In this document: positions 58,401 to 64,000 of the stretch, in pieces
Position numbering within the stretch: the stretch's first letter is position 1
How the letters are laid out: every line of letters begins with the position of its first letter
Assembly (NCBI GenBank): GCA_046757025.1
Contig: JBHHXN010000008.1
Coordinates: forward strand, 1-64,000
Reading direction: 5' to 3'
Length of the DNA: 64,000 bases
From: a bacterium
GTDB lineage: Bacteria > Zhuqueibacterota > Zhuqueibacteria > Oceanimicrobiales > Oceanimicrobiaceae
Made by a program: the position numbers and the translations under genes
Notes under the pieces: generated by a model
The model's database searches: none
The model's input: the letters and a program-made list of their open reading frames with translations, nothing else
Told to the model about the DNA's origin: nothing

Positions 58401-58671
58401 TTTTGACAGGCTTAGCCAGGTTTTGATGGAGTTAGATAATCTCTGTGAAATCAGTCAATTGGACTTTGATCCGGACAAGGAATGCGTGGTGAAATTGGAG
58501 CTGACTTCGACGCAGGAGGGACATACAAATTACCTCTTTCGAATTCCAAAAGACAAAAGAGTGGACGTTAACTCAGTTGAAGCTAACATCCGATCCCAGC
58601 TTTCGAAGGACAAGAAAATCAACCTGACAGTTTTGACCAAACTCTTGAAAGAACAGTTCACAAATGAATAA
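55450..58671 (+). CDS. sspC: Large P-loop ATPase, SspC-like
   Basis: FSPSINIIRD, GSYGTGKS Walker A, IDEFGKFLE Walker B, LHQ.F..Y, EW.KV.GR, GQNERSLF.FL. Confidence 0.8.
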   Translation: MKTNFSPSINIIRDIDKDFNYIPTPNAHRIFKQIISDFKVGIHSFNIIGSYGTGKSAFLLAFEKTLNGDKTYFEPIDGQLNGLRNFRILNLVGKYDSILKTFADYLNVNQGVWSTDIIFDKLDAYYQEAQSKNVLLVIVIDEFGKFLEYAAVHNPEKELYFIQQLAEYAADKNIIFITTLHQSFGSYSQRLYRNQQQEWEKVKGRLKELTFNEPVEQLLFLAARQIESKNRFETNANIPELIEIVKASDAFPLQGDLSLELAKELFPLDIVSAAVLTLALQKYGQNERSLFTFLESNEYRGINDFDDRNSPFYNLSNVFDYLLHNYYSFLSTKYNPHYVQWSAIKKAIERVEGHFDKELRDALKLVKTIGLLNIFGKESARLNLDFLSAYARICLGVEDPKSVLNKLASKKIIRYVKFKNKFVLFEGTDLDIELAISEASNKIEPIGEIVSALRKYFAFPYISAKAVHYKYGTPRFFKFELSEQPIDKVPVGEVDGIINLIFSEKLSEQDIIEFSQKVEQAILFGFYRNTKSIKEILSEIEKIRYVINSIADDRVAFRELKNALSHQIEQLNAQVLNKLYSKDDDVMWFFNGAKIHIANRTEFNSWLSKICGQVYDATPVFQNELVNRHRLSSSITLARKNFFQALLNNWEIPDLGLPKDKFPAEKTIYFTLIKRTGIHQGKNGKYFLSYPQEESFRELWQKSQEFLNSAKVSRKSLSEFEEMLAAKPFKLKHGFIEFWLPLFLFIKKDDFALFGENGYIPFLTPEVIELIIKKPHKFQIKTFDVTGIKLDLFNKYRTLLQKHSENRFSNQSFIDTIRPFLTFYKELPQYTRKTKRLSKPAAALREAIENATDPEKTFFENFPRALGYANVDLREDDSLLEDFIVQLQNAIRELRGCFDSLVDRVEAHFLQELDCANLPFPEYKNEIEKRYRSLKRHLLLPHQKTFYVRLQSELEDRRAWINSLVHAVIGKTLDTLKDEEEEIVFDRLSQVLMELDNLCEISQLDFDPDKECVVKLELTSTQEGHTNYLFRIPKDKRVDVNSVEANIRSQLSKDKKINLTVLTKLLKEQFTNE

Positions 58672-59629
58672 AGTACGACACGTACTCGGCATTTCCGGCG
58701 GTAAGGACAGCACGGCTTTGGCTATTTATTTGCGAGACAAATATCCCGACCTGAACCTTGAGTATTACTTTTGCGATACGGGCAAAGAACTCGACGAAAC
58801 CTATCAGCTTATCGACAATCTGGAGGCCTACCTCGGCAAACCCATAATCAGACTAAAAGCCGTGCCCGACAGCTCCGAAGCCCCCTTTGATCATTTCCTG
58901 ACCATGTACGGAGGCTACCTGCCGTCGGCAGGTTCCAGATGGTGTACGCGGAAGCTCAAACTCGAGCCGTTTGAGCAGTGGGTCGGAGAAGACCCCGTAG
59001 TTTCGTATGTTGCGATTAGGGGGGACGAACAGCGCGAAGCCTACATCTCCAGGAAATCGAACATTCAGTCCATTTTCCCGTTTCGGAAAAATATTTGGAG
59101 TGAAGATGTCATTTCCTTACTGCTTAAAAATGAGAATAGGCAACATTTAGCTGAGAATTATCGGCCTCACGTTCTAGAAGAAAAATGGCCGTTCCTGATA
59201 GAAATCGTCAATCGACCCTTGTCGCTCCAGTTCAGCCAGGCCCGCAAGCTGAACGCATTACTGGATTTCAACACCTCTGTTTTCAATCGGGTGGTATTCG
59301 ACTTCTTGAAAAGCACCGACTACTCGCTGGCAACGGAGGAAGATTTTCCTCTCTTGGACAACGAAGACAACTTGGTAAAAGAGGACGTCTTCCGAATTTT
59401 GATAGAGAGCGGCGTAGGGCTGCCTAGTTACTACACCAAACTTGAGTTTGAAGTGGATGGCCAGAAAGGAATTTACCACCGCAGTCGCTCAGGATGCTTC
59501 TTTTGTTTTTTCCAACAAAAAATCGAATGGGTTTGGCTTTACGAACAGCATCCGGGGTTGTTTGAGAAAGCCATTACCTACGATGAAGGGATTTTACCTG
59601 GAAACAAAATGAGCACTTATAGGAGTTGA
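58664..59629 (+). CDS. sspD: PAPS-reductase family phosphorothioation enzyme SspD-like, C-terminally frameshifted (possible pseudogene; remnant to 59765)
   Basis: SGGKDS, DTGKELDETY, RWCT..LK..PF, RSRSGCFFCFFQ; the expected tail (FTWKQNE...GCAVSFI) lies in other frames with stops. Confidence 0.75.
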   Translation: MNKVRHVLGISGGKDSTALAIYLRDKYPDLNLEYYFCDTGKELDETYQLIDNLEAYLGKPIIRLKAVPDSSEAPFDHFLTMYGGYLPSAGSRWCTRKLKLEPFEQWVGEDPVVSYVAIRGDEQREAYISRKSNIQSIFPFRKNIWSEDVISLLLKNENRQHLAENYRPHVLEEKWPFLIEIVNRPLSLQFSQARKLNALLDFNTSVFNRVVFDFLKSTDYSLATEEDFPLLDNEDNLVKEDVFRILIESGVGLPSYYTKLEFEVDGQKGIYHRSRSGCFFCFFQQKIEWVWLYEQHPGLFEKAITYDEGILPGNKMSTYRS

Positions 59630-59839
59630 TCAAGCCGGGCCGATTAAAAGTGAATAAGGAAGAACACGTTTAACGGTTTGCAGTCAATCACAGTGAATTT
59701 AAGATAAGTTGCTGAATATTTTAACCGAAGATGATGAAGTAGGGTGTGCGGTATCTTTTATATAGAAACAAAAACAAACTATGGATAGTTTTAAGTTTAC
59801 AATCATATTAGCATGGAATTTAACAAACGAGGTGATATT

Positions 59840-60100
59840 TTGGTCACAAAGGAATTCTTGAAAACAGAAATTGACAAGATACCAGATGATTATTTAGAAC
59901 TCTTATACCGAATTATGAAGGCGTTAGAGGTTCCCGCGAGGGTACCGACGGCAGATGATACTGTCAAATCCCGAAAGATTCCTGCAAATGGACCTTTCGA
60001 TTGGCAGCAATTTATCGAAGAGACCTATGGTTCCTTGGCAGATGCGCCCATACAACGAGGCGACCAGGGGAAATTTGAGAAGCGAGAGATAATGAAATGA
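59840..60100 (+). CDS. Putative antitoxin (VapB-like)
   Basis: GAGGTG RBS + TTG 59840 (ORF open from 59813); C-terminal YGSLAD.PIQRGDQG..E.RE; ATGA overlap with PIN gene. Confidence 0.65.
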   Translation: MVTKEFLKTEIDKIPDDYLELLYRIMKALEVPARVPTADDTVKSRKIPANGPFDWQQFIEETYGSLADAPIQRGDQGKFEKREIMK

Positions 60101-60507
60101 GCTACTTGTTGGATACGAATACCTGCATTCGTTATCTCAATGGAACTTCAAAAAGCGTACGCTTAAATTTGGAATCCAGACAACCGGAAGACATTATTCT
60201 TTGTTCTGTAGTAAAGGCTGAGCTCTTCTACGGTGCTATGAAAAGCGCCAAGCCCAGGAAAAATCTCCAACGGATAGAAAAGTTTTTTGAACCTTTTATC
60301 TCGCTGCCTTTTGATGATAGGGCATCGAAGGTTTATGGCAAAATTCGGTGCGATTTAGAAAAATCAGGGACTCCGATTGGGCCCAATGATTTGCTGATCG
60401 CTGCCATAGCTGTGGCAAACGAGGTGATTTTGGTAACGCATAATGTCAAAGAATTTCGCAGAATCAGGGGGATGAGCCTGGAAGACTGGGAAGGCAAGAG
60501 TAGCTGA
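60097..60507 (+). CDS. vapC: VapC PIN-domain toxin
   Basis: YLLDTN.CI, ELFYGA.KS, G.PIGPNDLLIAA.A, LVTHNVKEF.RI. Confidence 0.93.
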   Translation: MSYLLDTNTCIRYLNGTSKSVRLNLESRQPEDIILCSVVKAELFYGAMKSAKPRKNLQRIEKFFEPFISLPFDDRASKVYGKIRCDLEKSGTPIGPNDLLIAAIAVANEVILVTHNVKEFRRIRGMSLEDWEGKSS

Positions 60508-61124
60508 CCAAGCCGGACTAATGAACGTGTTTTGTTAAGAGCCTGTTAAATTTAAACGATATATAGGACGAGGACAATGAATTACAAATCGACAAGTTTT
60601 TCTAAGAAATTACACAATCTTCAGTGAAAATCGAATCACACAATGCTGGCAGTCGATGGTGCGTACAAGGGATGCGTCGTGACTGTGCACACCCATGCGT
60701 CATCTCATTGGAAGTGAGAGCGATCGATTTCCCTTATGCAATTACCTGGTGCAACAACGAGGAGCGCTTCATCTCTGGCAAAATATGTGGCGCTCATTCT
60801 AATTATCACGGTTGCGTGATGAAACCAATGCATGCACTCCCACGCAATTTTACTATCCAGGTTCGTCTATAGATAGAGTAGTGCCGCGGCCAGGACAGCT
60901 CGCTTTGGGTTGATATCGATGACGTGCCGGAGTAGGTCACAGTCTACGAAACATTTAATTACCCCCATCTCTGGTTGAAAAAGTGCGAAGGAGTCCATGT
61001 TTAAAAGGGCCACTGGTGACGAAGGATTTTGTCGCCAAAGCTAAACTGATCTTGTAACAAAAGTGATTGCTTACTACAACACTAACACCATTATAAAGAG
61101 AAAGGAAAATAGCTATCAACTCCG

Positions 61125-62243
61125 ATGAGGCTTCCTCAGTCAAACATTCTTCCTATTAAATATTTGTCTAGTATTTTTAATAATACGACCAATTCGTATA
61201 AATTTTACTGGTTTGTCGCAATCCTCGAATACATCAGCGCAAAAATCCAACCTGTAATTCCTTTACAAGAACTATCGGCTAGAATGATAGCGCGTGCTTG
61301 GTATCCAGTGAATTATTTTAACATTTCATTCGGCAAACAGGATAGACTAGCGATTATTGCTTTCAAGGTAAAAGCAGAAAATCAGCTTAATGAAAATGCC
61401 AAAGAACATGATGTTCTTGGTGAGGTTCTTAGAATATTAAATCATTCTAAAAACACCGAGATTTTGAAGGACTTGGACAGCTTGATACGTTATGTACCCT
61501 ATCGTTTTTTACGTCCGTGGTTTACAAAAGAATTAAGAGGAATAGCAGATTACGAAATAAACCCCCAAATCGTTAAATTGGCTGAGCAAGGATTTGAGAA
61601 TCAAAGTGAGCTATGTTTATATAAGTTCGTAGGGAAGGAGGAAAAAGCTATTGAAATTCAACGAAACTGGTTTGAATATCTTCAGAAGCATAATAAGATT
61701 TTGATGGACTTTTGCTCTTGGAATCTGCTGATCTATTTACAAAAAAATAATCCGAACGTTCCCAATATTGCTGAAAAACTTTTTGCACCAAAAAACCGAA
61801 AACTTAGAAATGCAAGAAGATTTTGGGATTTCGTTCTAAAAGAACAGGAAGCTTTTTATTGTATCTATTCACAAGTGCCTGTTGTTGTAAATGAATATAG
61901 TATTGATCATTTCATTCCATGGAAGTTTGTCACCCATGATCAACTTTGGAATTTGATTCCAGTCCCGAAATTCATAAACTTTGCCAAAAGTGATTTCCTA
62001 CCATCTCTTGATCAATATTTTGGCCGATTTGCTAGAGTTCATTATCAGGCTTTCCGACTTGCGTTCAAAAAAAATAAATTGAAAATTCTTGAAGATTATA
62101 CAACGTTGTACCAAAGTGAGTTAACAACTATTTATCAAATGCCAGAACATGAGTTTAAATATAGGCTGCGTTCTGCGGTTGCCCCTTTAGTTCAGATTGC
62201 TGAAAATATGGGTTTCGAATCAAATTGGATTTATAAAAAATAA
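61125..62243 (+). CDS. HNH endonuclease with helical N-terminal domain (TTNSYKFYW type)
   Basis: CIYS...IDHFIPW...DQLWNLIP....N..KSD HNH motif; N-terminal FNNTTNSYKFYW, VPYRFL.PW. Confidence 0.8.
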   Translation: MRLPQSNILPIKYLSSIFNNTTNSYKFYWFVAILEYISAKIQPVIPLQELSARMIARAWYPVNYFNISFGKQDRLAIIAFKVKAENQLNENAKEHDVLGEVLRILNHSKNTEILKDLDSLIRYVPYRFLRPWFTKELRGIADYEINPQIVKLAEQGFENQSELCLYKFVGKEEKAIEIQRNWFEYLQKHNKILMDFCSWNLLIYLQKNNPNVPNIAEKLFAPKNRKLRNARRFWDFVLKEQEAFYCIYSQVPVVVNEYSIDHFIPWKFVTHDQLWNLIPVPKFINFAKSDFLPSLDQYFGRFARVHYQAFRLAFKKNKLKILEDYTTLYQSELTTIYQMPEHEFKYRLRSAVAPLVQIAENMGFESNWIYKK

Positions 62244-63052
62244 TGATTTTTCGCTCACCCCAAAATCCCAATTCTCATTTAACTATTAAAGAAAGAAAAT
62301 GGCCTTCATATCCTACAAAACAATTATTTTCAAGAAAATTGATAAAGGGAAAAGTATTGGATTTTGGGTGTGGACTGGGTGTCGATTATGAATTTTTAAG
62401 AAAAAATGAAGTAAATGTGGTTGGATATGATCCACATTACAAACCCGATTATCCAAAACAGAAATTTGATACTATCCTGTGTAATTATGTTTTAAATATC
62501 TTGCTTCCTGAGGAGCAAGCACATGTTCTTATGGCAGTGTCCGAATTACTCAACTCAGATGGTCGGGCTTATTATGCCGTACGAAGAGATGTCAAGCGGA
62601 GTGGTTTTCGATATAATTCAAAACATAAATGTAAAACTTATCAATGTAATGTAATTTTACCATTCAAATCTATTATTCTAACCGAACATTGTGAAATATA
62701 CGAATACCAACATATTAATCAACTCCCGGCGAGTAATAAGAGGAAAAGTTGTTCTCTTTGTCATCCATCTTCTCAGAATGAATTAATCACAGAATCTGCA
62801 ACAGCGTATGCATTATTCGATGATTCATCATTTTCAAATGGTCATGTAACTATCGTTCCAAAGAGACACGTTAGAGATTATTTCGAGCTTTCTTTTAAAG
62901 AACAATGTGCTTGTTGGTTAATGCTAAATCGAATAAAAGAATTGTTAAATGCAAGATTAAAACCAGTTGGAATACAGATTAGATTCTACTCAAATAATGG
63001 GTTGTCGAGTGCTTCGGAACACTTTTCCATTTTTGTCATACCCGAAATTTAA
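62243..63052 (+). CDS. Class I SAM methyltransferase fused to degenerate HIT domain
   Basis: TAATG coupling; VLDFGCGLG.D, GYDP.Y, NYVLN; CSLC, GHVTIVPKRHVRDYFEL, but HIT triad reads HFSIF. Confidence 0.78.
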   Translation: MIFRSPQNPNSHLTIKERKWPSYPTKQLFSRKLIKGKVLDFGCGLGVDYEFLRKNEVNVVGYDPHYKPDYPKQKFDTILCNYVLNILLPEEQAHVLMAVSELLNSDGRAYYAVRRDVKRSGFRYNSKHKCKTYQCNVILPFKSIILTEHCEIYEYQHINQLPASNKRKSCSLCHPSSQNELITESATAYALFDDSSFSNGHVTIVPKRHVRDYFELSFKEQCACWLMLNRIKELLNARLKPVGIQIRFYSNNGLSSASEHFSIFVIPEI

Positions 63053-63099
63053 TGATTATATTATTTCGTCCAAGGATTTTTGGGACACCTCTCTCCCCA

Positions 63100-63325
63100 A
63101 ACCCCTCCGGCATACAAAACGGCTCGGGCTGCGAACCGTCGATATCGGTGAAGCCGTAGTCCAGTCTCAGTTGGCCTGCTTTGAACACACCGCCGGTGCG
63201 CTGCATCAGATTGGCATCGGTGGCGAGGACGACCACAGCCCGGCCGACGAATCGGGGTGAGTGCGTTTCCAGCCGCTCTTTCTCAGGGGCTTCGGCTTCC
63301 ATGCGTTCCTTACGGGTGAATTGTC
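63100..63325 (-). pseudogene. 3' remnant of an SDR oxidoreductase (DHRS1-like)
   Basis: HSPRFVGRAVVVLATD......G.V......L..DYGFTDIDGSQP matches the C-terminus of this SDR subfamily; in-frame stop upstream and no N-terminal TGxxxG motif. Confidence 0.6.
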
Positions 63326-63498
63326 TGAGATCATTGACTGAGGTTGGCAGAAAATTAGCGGCACTTTAGATCAGTCTAATGCGATATTTCGAAGGAAAAA
63401 TAGGATACTTTTTGAAATGTAAAATAAAATTTATTTACTTGATATTTATTATTATTTTACTTTTATTTATGTAAAGTATTTATTGGAGTAAAGTAAAA

Positions 63499-63750
63499 AT
63501 GGTTTACAAGGTTAAAATTTCATCAAAGGGTCAAATAAGTATTCCAACTGAAATAAGAAAAAATCTCTCAACAAATATTTTGGAAATGCATCTTGACAAG
63601 GATCAAATCATTCTCAAACCTTCCCATTCCATTCTCTCCATTGGCGGTGCTTTGAAAAAATATGCTCAAAATAAAACGACAAAAAGGATAGACCAGGAAG
63701 ATGAAACGGCCTGGAAAACGCATGTCCAAGAAAAATACAATCGTTCTTGA
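63499..63750 (+). CDS. AbrB/MazE family antitoxin
   Basis: VKISSKGQISIP.EIRK.L; GGAG RBS; repeated GTAAAGTA / TACTTT motifs upstream as likely operator. Confidence 0.85.
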   Translation: MVYKVKISSKGQISIPTEIRKNLSTNILEMHLDKDQIILKPSHSILSIGGALKKYAQNKTTKRIDQEDETAWKTHVQEKYNRS

Positions 63751-64000
63751 TACCAATGTGATTATTCGTTTTCTTGTCGGTGACGACCGTGTCCTCTACG
63801 AAAAGGCTGCTGCTATTTTCTCCGATGTTGAAAAGGATCTGGTCAAAGCCGTCATTCTTGAATCGGTAATGGCTGAAACCGTTTTTGTCCTCGAAAAAGT
63901 TTACCAGGTCGAAAGAGTTCTCATCGCTGATTTGTTAATTAAATTATTAGATATAAAAGGTGTCAAAAACGCAAACAAGCAAATCTTGACTAATGCCCTT
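63722..64000 (+). CDS. PIN-domain toxin (VapC-like), truncated at window end
   Basis: Translated by hand: MSKKNTIVLDTNVIIRFLVGDD...VMAETVFVLEKVY...; overlaps the AbrB gene; not in ORF track. Confidence 0.85.
   Translation, partial: MSKKNTIVLDTNVIIRFLVGDDRVLYEKAAAIFSDVEKDLVKAVILESVMAETVFVLEKVYQVERVLIADLLIKLLDIKGVKNANKQILTNAL

Noticed and set aside
54588..59629. BREX type 4 or DndABCDE system
   Set aside because: DUF4007 and PAPS reductase are separate genes; no pglZ, brxL, dndD or dndE
61125..62243. Cas9/IscB or CRISPR association from the DHxIP HNH motif
   Set aside because: No RuvC motifs, cas genes or repeat-spacer array in the window

Overview
Bacterial chromosomal window. The secreted FG-GAP protein with a FlgD/T9SS-like C-terminal domain, TonB receptors and many WPxWRG beta-propeller proteins suggest a diderm of the KSB1/Calditrichota/PVC type (inference only). 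Four blocks. (1) 0.7-21 kb: envelope and signalling genes, including a PknB-type pseudokinase back-to-back with a pseudo-transglutaminase/TPR protein, MscS, two PP2C/SpoIIE phosphatases, a B12 radical SAM enzyme, an Ala/Gly symporter, a MarR + Fe-S/SCP2 pair, a PaaI pseudogene and tmRNA. (2) 22.5-48.8 kb: a ~26 kb co-oriented cluster with no core synthase. It encodes five PQQ-like beta-propellers, an EhpF-like adenylating enzyme + acylating ALDH + Fe-ADH, a HemN-like radical SAM enzyme, a flavin-dependent halogenase-like enzyme, a CxxC-bearing GT4, two hotdog thioesterases, TonB/SSS importers and an ABC exporter. This is the best candidate for an undescribed small-molecule or cofactor maturation system. 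(3) 49-54.3 kb: minus-strand TonB receptor, NSS transporter and class V PLP enzyme. (4) 54.6-64 kb: AT-richer defence island with SspBCD-like phosphorothioation genes (SspD tail decayed; no sspA/sspE seen), two VapBC-type TA pairs, a coupled HNH nuclease + methyltransferase-HIT pair, and an SDR gene remnant. Two families of non-autonomous MITE-like repeats occupy intergenic gaps. All family calls come from motif recognition by eye; no database search was run.
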